Origin: an uncultured delta proteobacterium
GTDB taxonomy: Bacteria > Myxococcota_A > Polyangia > Polyangiales > Polyangiaceae
Reading direction: 5' to 3'
Assembly (NCBI GenBank): GCA_963696385.1
Contig: CAVOKF010000001.1
Span: forward strand, 128,001 to 192,000
Length of the DNA: 64,000 bases
The notes under the pieces are model-generated. The model was not told where the DNA came from and ran no database searches. It saw nothing but the letters and a program-made list of their open reading frames with translations. Both the position numbers and the translations under genes were made by a program. Numbering within the stretch: the first letter of the stretch is position 1; every line of letters begins with the position of its first letter. Positions 1-11,699 of the stretch are shown here, piece by piece.

Positions 1-178
1 GGCCTTGGTGATCCGGAGCGTAGGCTTAGGCCTTAGCGGAAGCCTAGCGGACCGTGTGCGAGGGCCAAGCATACCCGCGCAAAGGATCAGAGCTTTCCAG
101 ACGGATCGAGCTTGTCGAGCGTTGACGGCATCTCGCGCACGGTGCACTAGGACAGGGATCGAGAGCGCCGGTTTTTTT

Positions 179-961
179 TCAGCGGAATGCCGGCGTAGGT
201 CGCGAAGTGGGCGTCGCGTCCAGGTCAACGGTGACGTTCGCCGTTTCGGCGACACTGGAAAGCAATGCGGTCGTCCACTCGAGGAGCTTTCCCGCGGCAT
301 CGCGCGGCCGAACGTCGTGCTCCTCGAGCCGCACGGCCATCGGCCTTTTCGACCGGACCGTAATCCGCACCGGCTCGGAGTCCGAGGCGGCTCCGGCCGG
401 ATAGCGGAAAGCGACATCGACAACGGCGTCTTTCGGAACCTCGTGTCCGTGAACGAGCAGGTTGCCGTGCACGGTCATGGTGCAGGTTCGGAGAAGATCG
501 GATCCCTCGTGAGTCAGAGCCACCGCGGTGAGGTCCCGAGCGTTCGCAGTTTCGATGCCGCGAATGGCAAAATCGGCCCAGCGCATGTCCTCGTGGGCCG
601 GCTCGCCCGCCTGCACTTCGAGCCAGGATCGTGCGTTTCGGGTCTGCAGCGTGTCATAGAGGCGGTTGCCGAACGTGTGCGTCGAGAACGTGGAGAGATC
701 GACGCGGACCTGCCCTCGCGATTGCGTGAGGTCGTTCGGGACGAGGTCAAGCGTTCCCGTTGCGCCGGTCGCATCCCCCAGGATGCGCTCTTTGACCCCC
801 TGCATCTCGACGTGCACAGCGCCGCTGGCTTCGATCGCGTAGTGCCACACCAGGCGCGTTGGACTCGGTATCGAAGCCGACAGCGAATTCGCGATCGGCG
901 CGCGTTTCGCGGATTCGTGTGAGCGGCTGCACCCGGGCAGCCAAAGGGCCACAACCGCCAT
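179..961 (-). CDS. YceI-like putative lipoprotein
   Basis: C-terminal part of ORF 179..2008; hydrophobic leader ending LPGC, then YceI-like pattern (ATGTLDLVPNDLTQSRGQVRVDLSTF...GNLLVHG). Start 961 or 988. Confidence 0.6.
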   Translation of the reverse strand: MAVVALWLPGCSRSHESAKRAPIANSLSASIPSPTRLVWHYAIEASGAVHVEMQGVKERILGDATGATGTLDLVPNDLTQSRGQVRVDLSTFSTHTFGNRLYDTLQTRNARSWLEVQAGEPAHEDMRWADFAIRGIETANARDLTAVALTHEGSDLLRTCTMTVHGNLLVHGHEVPKDAVVDVAFRYPAGAASDSEPVRITVRSKRPMAVRLEEHDVRPRDAAGKLLEWTTALLSSVAETANVTVDLDATPTSRPTPAFR

Positions 962-1003
962 CGCGAGCGATTCTCGGCCGCACCCCATGCACAAGCAACG
1001 TAT

Positions 1004-1115
1004 CGCACGGCCGATTCGGCTTCGAGCGTGGCGGCGCGGTTCAGTCTTCGAGAATGCCCCCCCTCGCCTGCGGCGCGAAGTTCTTGACAAGGAAGACCAC
1101 GACGATGCCGCCCAC
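1004..1115 (-). pseudogene. Internally deleted relic of the CLC gene at 11700..13484
   Basis: 1004-1051 closely matches 11663-11710 (3' end, stop and flank); about 1059-1115 matches about 13195-13250. Minus strand reads VGGIVVVFLVKNFAPQARGGILED*. Confidence 0.85.
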
Positions 1116-1210
1116 TGCCGGCCGCCTGCCAAGTCTTCGAGCCGGCGACCGGGACCGTTGGCGGATTGCGTTGGCGTTTCGCAAGGCGCCATGGTCTTGT
1201 GCGCTTCGCG

Positions 1211-3256
1211 GTGAGCCACTGGGACACGACCGACGGTTCGCCCACGCCTCTGGGCGTCACGTTCGTCGAAGCTCAGGCCTCGTACAACTGGGCGCTCTAT
1301 TCGAAGGCGGCGACCTCCGTCAGCTTGCTGCTGTTTGCGCCCACCGACCTGACGCACCCGGTCGTGCGGCGCGATCTCGACCCCATCCGCAACCGGACCG
1401 GGCGAACGTGGCACTGCCGCATCAAGGCGGCGGACGTCTTGCCGGCGGCCTACTATGGCTATTCGGTCGACGGGCCGCGCGGGCCGGGCAACCGCTTCGA
1501 CCCGACCAAGGTCCTTCTGGACCCGTACGCCCGGAGCGTGCATGCGAGCACCTTCGACTGCGCCGCGGCCATAGGCACGGGGTCGAACGCGGGACAGGCG
1601 CTGCTCGCCGAGATTCCCGTGCCCCGAGCGCCCTTCGACTGGAATGGGGATCGGCGGGTGCGCCACACACATGGTCTCGTCATCTACGAGATGCACGTGC
1701 GCGGCTTCACCGCACGGGCGAACTCCGGCGTGGCGCAGCAGCGGCGCGGATCGTTCGCAGGTATCGTGGAGAAAATTCCCTACTTGGTCGATCTCGGGGT
1801 CACGGCAGTCGAGTTGCTGCCGGTCTACGCGTTCGTTCCGGGGGTGCGCGGCGACTACTGGGGGTACATGCCCATCAGCTTTTTCGCGCTCCATCCGGCG
1901 TACTCGACGGCGCGCGCCCCCGCCGACCAAATCGACGAGTTTCGCGCCATGGTGAAGGCGCTTCACGTCGCCGGGATCGAAGTCATCCTGGACGTGGTCT
2001 ACAACCACACAGCCGAGCGGGGTGCAGACGGCCCGTGCCTAGCGTACCGCGGGATCGACAACTCGACGTATTACCTCTTGCAGGGCAACCTCGAAACGTA
2101 CCGCGACGACACGGGCACGGGCAACGTCCTACGGACGGGGCACCCGGCCGTCCGAAATCTCGTCGTCGACAGCCTGCGCTACTGGGTAAACGAGATGCAC
2201 CTCGACGGCTTCCGCTTCGACCTCGCGTCCATCCTTTCGCGAGACATCGACGGGCGCATCCGCATGGAGGACGCATCGATCATCAGCGAGATCTCGTCGG
2301 ATCCCGATTTCGCGGACGTGCGCCTCATCGCCGAGCCGTGGGACCTCGCGACCTCCCAGCTCGGACGGTCGTTCCCTGGGTTCGACTGGAGGCAGTGGAA
2401 CGGCCGGTTTCGCGACGACGTGCGCAAGTTCGTCAAGGGCGACCGCGGACTTGTACCGTTCTTGATGCGGCGGCTGTACGGAAGCGACGATCTCTTCCCC
2501 GATGAGGGCGACGAGGTCTACCGGCCGTACCAGGGCGTGAGCTTCGTCGACTGCCACGACGGATTCTGCATGTACGATCTGACCGCTTACGACGTGAAGA
2601 GGAACCGCGCGAACGGCGAAGACAACCGAGACGGCACCGATGCGAATCACAGCTGGAACTGTGGCTGGGAGGGCGATGACGGCGCTCCGCCGCACGTGGT
2701 CGCCGTACGAAGAAGGCAGGTGAAGAATTTCTGCACGCTTCTTTTGCTCTCGGACGGCACGCCTATGTTCGTGATGGGTGACGAATTTTTGCATACGCAA
2801 GGCGGCAACAACAACCCCTACAACCAGGACAACGAGACCACCTGGCTCGACTGGGAGCGGCGAGCGGCAAACGCGGACGTCCATCGATTCTTCAAGACGA
2901 TGATCGCGTTTCGCCGAGCGCATCCGACACTCGCGCGTGGCCGGTTCTGGCGCGACGACGTGCGTTGGTACGGTATCGCAGGACCGCCGGATCTGAGCTT
3001 GGATTCGCGGAGCGTGGCCTATTTTCTCGACGGTCGGTCGGAGCACGACGAAGACCTCTACGTGATGATCAGCGCCTATTGGGAGCCGCTGCGGTTCATC
3101 GTGCAGGAGCCGAGCGTCGAAAACCGCGGGTGGAAGCGTGTCGTCGACACGTCTCTGGACAGTCCGATGGATATCGCCGATCCGGGCTCCGAGATCGCGC
3201 TCAACACGCTGGATTATGTCGTCGGCCCGCGGTCCGTCGTGGTCCTTGTCCGATAG
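1211..3256 (+). CDS. glgX: Glycogen debranching enzyme / isoamylase (GH13)
   Basis: IYEMHVRGFT, YWGY, DVVYNHT, GFRFD, IAEPWD, CHDG, GGNNNPYNQDN motifs; GTG start at 1211 inferred. Confidence 0.93.
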   Translation: MSHWDTTDGSPTPLGVTFVEAQASYNWALYSKAATSVSLLLFAPTDLTHPVVRRDLDPIRNRTGRTWHCRIKAADVLPAAYYGYSVDGPRGPGNRFDPTKVLLDPYARSVHASTFDCAAAIGTGSNAGQALLAEIPVPRAPFDWNGDRRVRHTHGLVIYEMHVRGFTARANSGVAQQRRGSFAGIVEKIPYLVDLGVTAVELLPVYAFVPGVRGDYWGYMPISFFALHPAYSTARAPADQIDEFRAMVKALHVAGIEVILDVVYNHTAERGADGPCLAYRGIDNSTYYLLQGNLETYRDDTGTGNVLRTGHPAVRNLVVDSLRYWVNEMHLDGFRFDLASILSRDIDGRIRMEDASIISEISSDPDFADVRLIAEPWDLATSQLGRSFPGFDWRQWNGRFRDDVRKFVKGDRGLVPFLMRRLYGSDDLFPDEGDEVYRPYQGVSFVDCHDGFCMYDLTAYDVKRNRANGEDNRDGTDANHSWNCGWEGDDGAPPHVVAVRRRQVKNFCTLLLLSDGTPMFVMGDEFLHTQGGNNNPYNQDNETTWLDWERRAANADVHRFFKTMIAFRRAHPTLARGRFWRDDVRWYGIAGPPDLSLDSRSVAYFLDGRSEHDEDLYVMISAYWEPLRFIVQEPSVENRGWKRVVDTSLDSPMDIADPGSEIALNTLDYVVGPRSVVVLVR

Positions 3257-3336
3257 GCGCACGGTGCATCCGGAACCGATTGAGGCATTTCACGTCGAGC
3301 TCTCCTGGTGCCTCGCCGGCGGCGAACGACGCAGGC

Positions 3337-6393
<3,057 letters not shown>

Positions 6394-6394
6394 G

Positions 6395-6664
6395 TCAGCG
6401 GTACCCGTAGGGCCACCATAGGGCAGTCGCCATCCAGAGGAGTCCGACGAAAAAGATGACCCAAACGAAGTCGCCGCCCCACCCCCAGCGATAGTGGTCG
6501 GCCTCGGCGGGAGCTCCGCGGGCGGTCGCCTGCAAGTGCCGGCGACGCTGAAAGTAACTGGGGTAGGGGGGTCCCCATCTCCTGTATCCCCAGCCGTAAG
6601 TAACCGGAGAAGCGAACAGCAAAAGCATGAATACAAGCCACAGCAGCCACCAAGAACCCATCAT
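6395..6664 (-). CDS. Small Trp/Tyr-rich two-TM membrane protein (89 aa)
   Basis: MMGSWWLLWLVFMLLLF...WVIFFVGLLWMATALWWPYGYR; GGAGG SD; abuts the ATPase start. Confidence 0.75.
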   Translation of the reverse strand: MMGSWWLLWLVFMLLLFASPVTYGWGYRRWGPPYPSYFQRRRHLQATARGAPAEADHYRWGWGGDFVWVIFFVGLLWMATALWWPYGYR

Positions 6665-6712
6665 GGGATGCCTCGCTCCTCCGTTGGTGTTTTCGAGCGC
6701 GTGCCCAGCGAA

Positions 6713-6728
6713 TGCAACTATCGGTCCT
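6713..6728 (-). promoter_or_regulatory. Candidate sigma54 -24/-12 promoter (small gene + ATPase)
   Basis: AGGACCGATAGTTGCA, GG-N10-GC, about 50 bp upstream of the start. Confidence 0.4.
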
Positions 6729-7011
6729 ACCCCGGTCTCCACGACCGGACTACTGGACGCGGCCCGGGTAGGGCCCCGAAGGAGGCCGCGTACCCACGCG
6801 CTCGGCATGACGTGTACGCTCGCGGGACACATCTGGGCGGCTTTTGCGAAACGCCTGACGGGGGGTTGGCAGAATGCATGACCGCGCCTGTCTTTTCGGT
6901 GCAGACCCGTCATCACGGACTTCGTGAATGCCCGCGCTGCTCTCTGGCGACGTCAACGGCCAGTGCGGCCGTGCGCAGTCCCAACTGGGCGCGGAAAGTG
7001 ACGGGCGGTGC

Positions 7012-7027
7012 CGGCGCATGGATTGCA
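7012..7027 (+). promoter_or_regulatory. Candidate sigma54 promoter (doxX)
   Basis: CGGCGCATGGATTGCA, GG-N10-GC. Confidence 0.5.
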
Positions 7028-7069
7028 ACATGAATTGCAAAAGGGCAGCTTGCAAACAGGAGCCACCCC

Positions 7070-7540
7070 ATGACCCACGTCGTCGCCGCGTCTGGCCCGG
7101 GAAGTCGCGTATCCATGGATCGAATCGCTGCTTTTCGCCTCTGGCTCGTTCCGATTGGGCGTACTCTTTTCGCCGCCCTGTTCATCGCGGCCGGCCTCGG
7201 ACACTTCTCCGCGTCGACCATCGCGTACGCGGGCTATCGTGGCGTTCCGTTTCCCAATCTCGCGGTCCCGATGTCCGGCCTGATCGCCTTCGCGGGAGGG
7301 GTCAGCATTCTTCTTGGCTACCGCGCCAGACTCGGCGCGTGGCTCATCGTGCTCTTTCTCGTCCCCGTCACGCTCAAAATGCACCGTTTCTGGACGGTGG
7401 CCGACCCGACGATGGCGATGCTCGAACAAGTGATGTTCATGAAGAACGTCTCGATGCTCGGCGCCGCTCTGATCATCGCCCATTTCGGCGCCGGTCCGAT
7501 CAGCTTGGATGGCCATCGAAGTTCGCGGACCGCTTCGTGA
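7070..7540 (+). CDS. DoxX family membrane protein
   Basis: GRTLFAALF, LLGYRARLGAWLIVLFL, HRFW, FMKNVSMLG, GAGPISLD; AGGAG SD. Confidence 0.88.
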   Translation: MTHVVAASGPGSRVSMDRIAAFRLWLVPIGRTLFAALFIAAGLGHFSASTIAYAGYRGVPFPNLAVPMSGLIAFAGGVSILLGYRARLGAWLIVLFLVPVTLKMHRFWTVADPTMAMLEQVMFMKNVSMLGAALIIAHFGAGPISLDGHRSSRTAS

Positions 7541-7882
7541 GGGGCTTCCGAGGCCGGGCACTCGGTAACGACCGTGGGGGCAACCCATTCGAGAATCCGG
7601 CGCTCGCCCGTGCAATCGCAAGTCCACTGCGAAGATGCAAATCGCCACACTCGAATCGCACGATTCACGCAGGCGTGGCAGATTGACTCAGTCGGTAGGG
7701 CGACCACGAGCGTGCGTCGAGTCTCCAGCCTGCAGCGCGGCGCACGGGGTCCCTTTCCCGGCACCGAGGACCACCGCCGGGCTACTTCCCATAACCCATC
7801 GGTCCGCATCACGATGGACGGCTGGTGCATCCCCCGCAGCGACCCGTTCGATTGCGCTGCCGGCCCGACGCCGGAGCGTGCC

Positions 7883-7898
7883 GGGCGTATTCATTGCT
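7883..7898 (+). promoter_or_regulatory. Candidate sigma54 promoter
   Basis: GGGCGTATTCATTGCT upstream of 7944. Confidence 0.45.
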
Positions 7899-7943
7899 TA
7901 TCGCGAGCCGGCCGCCGGCGAGCGGTCGCAAGGAGGTCCGTCG

Positions 7944-8474
7944 ATGGATACGAAGAGTGAACGGAACTGCGTGGCCATTTTCGCGCGGCATCAGGATGCG
8001 GAGGCCGCAATCCAGAATCTGCAACGCGCTGGCTTCGACATGAAGAAACTCTCGATCCTCGGTCGCGACTACCACACCGAAGAGCGCGCCGTTGGCTTCT
8101 ACAACGGCGGCGATCGCGTCAAGCACTGGGGCAAGCTCGGCGCGTTCTGGGGCGGCATCTTCGGCATTCTGTTGGCGCCGGCGCTGTTTTGGATCCCGGG
8201 GGTCGGGCCGATCTTGACCGGCGGCGTCGTTGGGTCCTTCCTGATGGGCACCGTCGAAGGAGCTGCCGTCGGCGCAGTGGTTACCGGCGGCGCGAGCGTG
8301 CTGGTGGCGGCGCTCACGGGCATGGGAATCCCAAAGGATAGCGTCATCCGGTACGAGGCCGCGCTCAAGGCCGACAACTACCTCCTCATCGCGAGCGGAA
8401 CCGCCAGCGAGGTCGAGCGTGCTCGCGCCATCCTCGCGGAGCGTGGAGGCCAGGTGCAGGTTCACGCGAACTGA
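7944..8474 (+). CDS. General stress membrane protein (DUF1269/17M-like), paralog 1
   Basis: GFDMKKLSILGRDYHTEE, WGKLGAFWGG, IPGVGP, GIPKDSVIRYE; AGGAGG SD; paralog at 37131. Confidence 0.8.
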   Translation: MDTKSERNCVAIFARHQDAEAAIQNLQRAGFDMKKLSILGRDYHTEERAVGFYNGGDRVKHWGKLGAFWGGIFGILLAPALFWIPGVGPILTGGVVGSFLMGTVEGAAVGAVVTGGASVLVAALTGMGIPKDSVIRYEAALKADNYLLIASGTASEVERARAILAERGGQVQVHAN

Positions 8475-8477
8475 CAG

Positions 8478-8594
8478 GGCTGTCGGCACGGCTATAGCGG
8501 TCTTGACCGGTTGCTCGGAACGACGGCAGCGCGGATCGTGAATCAAGCGGACCGGCCCGTGCTCGTCGCGCGCCCGCTTTCCGGTGCGCCTTGA
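8478..8594 (+). pseudogene. 3'-terminal remnant of a universal stress protein gene
   Basis: Reads GCRHGYSGLDRLLGTTAARIVNQADRPVLVARPLSGAP*, a USP C-terminal motif, with no start codon. Confidence 0.7.
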
Positions 8595-8742
8595 CGGGGA
8601 TTGGCTTGCTCCAAACTCGTGAACAGACTTCACTGGAAACGTCGGCGATGGCCCCCCGGAAGCTGCGGCGAAGACGACGTGGGCCGTGGCGTCTGCAACG
8701 AGGCCGTCGCGGGGAGCTCGAGCCCACATAGGCGACCGCAGT

Positions 8743-10311
8743 ATGCTGCATTTGTTGCGGAATCCGCCTGCCGTCTTCTGGCCACGCTGGGTCTTTTTGC
8801 GCCTGCTCGGCGTCGTGTTTCTTTCCGCGTTCTACTCGCTTGCTTTCCAGATTCATGGGCTTCTGGGCCCCGAGGGGATCCTGCCGGCGGGCCCGTACCT
8901 CTCCCGCGTGGCGAAGGCCATGCCGGGCCTGCTCCGATTCTGGTACGCGCCCACGGCCCTGTGGTTCGGCGCGAACAATGCGATGCTCACGGCGCTGGTG
9001 GCCGTCGGGATCCTCTCGTCGGCGTTGCTCATCTTGAACGTGTGGCCGCGACTAACCCTGGGCATCGCGTGGCTTGCCTTTCTGTCTTTCGTCGGGGCCG
9101 CGCAGGACTTTGCGTCCTACCAGTCCGACGGGATGCTCCTCGAGGCGGGGTTCATCTCTCTGTTCTTCGCGCCTGCCGGACTTCGCCCCGGCCTGGGCAC
9201 GGCGCACCCACCGTCTCGCGCGAGCCTTTTTTTGCTCAGGTGGGAGTGGTTTCGCATCTACTTCGAGTCGGGCGTGATGAAGCTCGCGAGTGGAGACCCG
9301 TCGTGGCGCGATCTCACGGCGATGGATCACTATTACGAAAACGGGCCTCTGCCGACATGGATCGGGTGGTACGTGCAGCATTGGGGGCACCCGTTCCATG
9401 CGGCAACGGCACTCGGCACCCTCGTGATGGAGCTTGGCGTATGCTGGCTTGCCTTCTTTCCACGCCCTTTTCGGCTCGTCTGCTGCCTTCTCTGCACGTT
9501 GCTCCAAGTGGGCATCATCGCGACGGCGAACTACGGGTTTTTGAATTACATCGTCCTTTTCCTCGGCGTACTGCTTCTCGACGACGCGTGGTTCGCGTCC
9601 GTGCGACGGCGTTTCTCGACGCGGATCGCCGGGTCAATCGCAAGCCCCACTCCGGCAGAGACGTCGCGTCCGAAACCGACCCGGACCTTGACCTCGGGCT
9701 TGCGCCGGATGGTCGCCGTCATTTCCCTCGGCCTGGTCTTCTATTCGACCTTCGCCGTTTTTCTCTTTGCGGCCGTGCCGACGCCCTTCCGGTGGCTTCT
9801 TTGGCCCGCCGAGGCAATCGAGCCCTTTCGCATCGCCAACCGATACGGGCTCTTCGCCGTCATGACGCCCGCGCGTTACGAAATCGAGTTCCAAGGTTCC
9901 AACGACGAAAAGACCTGGACCGATTATCCTTTTCGCTACAAGCCGCAGGATTCGTTGGGTCCTCCGGGCATTTACGCGCCGTACCAGCCGCGATTCGAGT
10001 GGAACCTTTGGTTTGCGTCGCTCGGGTCTTGGCGGAGCTTTCCGTGGGTCGTCCGGACCGAAGCGTGCCTACTCGATGGCTCCCGTAGCGTCCTGGAGCT
10101 TTTTGCGCGCGACCCGTTCCCTACGCCGCCCAAGTTCGTGCGTGCCGTCGTGTGGCACTATCGGTTTACCGACGCGGCAACGAAGCGGGCGACGGGAGCG
10201 TGGTGGCGGCGCGAAGAGCTCGGCCTCTACTGCCCCGAGCTCGAGAAGGACGCAAGGGGCATCATTCGGACGGTCGGGCAGCAACCCCGGGAAGAACCCA
10301 ATCCCGAGTGA
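8743..10311 (+). CDS. Lipase maturation factor (LMF) family membrane protein
   Basis: FLRLLG, GPEGILPA, DGMLLEAG, SGVMK, YYENGPLPT, NRYGLFAVMT, EIEFQGS, YPFRYKP, APYQPRFEWNLWFA. Confidence 0.88.
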   Translation: MLHLLRNPPAVFWPRWVFLRLLGVVFLSAFYSLAFQIHGLLGPEGILPAGPYLSRVAKAMPGLLRFWYAPTALWFGANNAMLTALVAVGILSSALLILNVWPRLTLGIAWLAFLSFVGAAQDFASYQSDGMLLEAGFISLFFAPAGLRPGLGTAHPPSRASLFLLRWEWFRIYFESGVMKLASGDPSWRDLTAMDHYYENGPLPTWIGWYVQHWGHPFHAATALGTLVMELGVCWLAFFPRPFRLVCCLLCTLLQVGIIATANYGFLNYIVLFLGVLLLDDAWFASVRRRFSTRIAGSIASPTPAETSRPKPTRTLTSGLRRMVAVISLGLVFYSTFAVFLFAAVPTPFRWLLWPAEAIEPFRIANRYGLFAVMTPARYEIEFQGSNDEKTWTDYPFRYKPQDSLGPPGIYAPYQPRFEWNLWFASLGSWRSFPWVVRTEACLLDGSRSVLELFARDPFPTPPKFVRAVVWHYRFTDAATKRATGAWWRREELGLYCPELEKDARGIIRTVGQQPREEPNPE

Positions 10312-10677
10312 GCCACCATGCAGCCGTCGCGCCACGCGAGTCCGTCAAGCACCGAACGGCGGACTCTGCCGCTCCTCGGCGCTTGCGCGCTCAGCTCGAT
10401 CTTTGAGCTCTTGGGCGGAAGCCTCAGCTCGCTCCGGGGAAGCCGATTCCAACGAAAGAAGGCAAAAGCACCCATGAAGCACAACGCGCGTTGCGCAGCG
10501 GCGCGACCGGCCGGCGAGGTCGCGGCGGAGCTTTAGCTTGTTGGGCTTCGTCCATGAATGACGGAACGGAGTCGCTCTTGCCGATATCGAAGAAAAGTTC
10601 ATGGGCGCGCGCTAGTCCCGTTCGATGACCTACGGACGCGGAGCCTTCGGTGCTGCTCGTAAAGGGTCTCGCTAGAA

Positions 10678-10693
10678 TGGCATGAACGATGCA
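10678..10693 (+). promoter_or_regulatory. Candidate sigma54 promoter (tandem-HdeA gene)
   Basis: TGGCATGAACGATGCA, close to consensus. Confidence 0.6.
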
Positions 10694-10746
10694 GTGAATC
10701 GGATCGGATAATGCGGCCGTGGCCGCCTCAAAACAAGGAGTCCTCG

Positions 10747-11643
10747 ATGCGCCATTCGATCGTCTTCTATGTTGCGTTGGTCGCCGCTCCTCTCGGTATG
10801 GCGTGTGAGAAGGCAGGCGTAGAGGGACACGCGGACGCCAACAAATCGGACACGACGGTAGGCGCGGTTTCGTCGAATTCTGCGAAGGCGCTCGAAGACT
10901 ACCGCCACCAGAAGCAGACCGACCTCGAGTCGCTCGACAAGAGCATCACGGACCTGGAAGCGAAGGAGAAGGTCGCTGCCTCGAACGCCAAGATGGACCT
11001 GGACCGCTTGCTGCCTGCGCTCAAGGTACGGCGCGACGCGTTCATGAACGATCTGCGCGCGATCGACGCCACGGGCGCCGCGACTTGGGACTCGACCAAG
11101 GCACGCCTCGACAAGGAATGGGATGATCTCAAGGCGGCGACCGACAAGGCGACGAGCGTTGCGACTTCAGCGTTTGCAGCCACTCACAAACCTGGCGAGA
11201 TGACCTGTGCGGACTTTCTTGCGCTCGCTGACGTTGAAAAACCCAAGATCGTTTACTGGGCTGAAGGTTTCAACAAGAATGGCAGGGCGATCGACTCAGC
11301 CTTCGACATCGTTGAAACAGACCGATTGGTGCCCGTACTCGTAGCGGAGTGCGTGAAAACTCCAAAGGAATCGCTGTCGAAGGTAGTCCAGCAGCATCCC
11401 TCCGCGCCGAAACCGGCGACTGCGGCGAAACCGGCAAAAATGACGTGCGAGGAGTTTGTCGCGCTCGAGGACGTCGCAAAGCCAAAAGTCGTCTACTGGG
11501 CCGAAGGTTTCAACAAGGATGGCAAGGCCACCGATGCGGTCGTGGATATCGATGAAACGGATAGGTTAGTTCCCACGCTCATTAGGGAGTGCAAAGAGAC
11601 GCCCAAGCTCACGCTCTGGCAGAAAATCAAGAAATACTTTTGA
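10747..11643 (+). CDS. Lipoprotein: coiled-coil plus two tandem HdeA-like acid-chaperone domains
   Basis: AAGGAG SD; lipobox LGMAC; two repeats KPxxMTCxxFxALxDVxKPKxVYWAEGFNKxG...xECxxTPK, each with the HdeA-type Cys pair. Confidence 0.8.
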   Translation: MRHSIVFYVALVAAPLGMACEKAGVEGHADANKSDTTVGAVSSNSAKALEDYRHQKQTDLESLDKSITDLEAKEKVAASNAKMDLDRLLPALKVRRDAFMNDLRAIDATGAATWDSTKARLDKEWDDLKAATDKATSVATSAFAATHKPGEMTCADFLALADVEKPKIVYWAEGFNKNGRAIDSAFDIVETDRLVPVLVAECVKTPKESLSKVVQQHPSAPKPATAAKPAKMTCEEFVALEDVAKPKVVYWAEGFNKDGKATDAVVDIDETDRLVPTLIRECKETPKLTLWQKIKKYF

Positions 11644-11699
11644 GGTCCGCCGGCCGAGTCACCGCACGGCCGATTTGGCTTCGATCGCGGCGGCGCGGT

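Noticed and set aside
1..150. Possible IS end (...GTGCACTAG) and a 12-bp match to 3257-3268
   Set aside because: No transposase or partner IR visible; the match is short enough to be chance.
962..2008. N-terminal two-thirds of the 609-aa ORF 179..2008
   Set aside because: Antisense shadow of glgX and the CLC relic; only the YceI-like part looks real.
6394..6636. Extended ATPase N-terminus (1099-aa ORF)
   Set aside because: Better explained by the separate small gene with its own SD.
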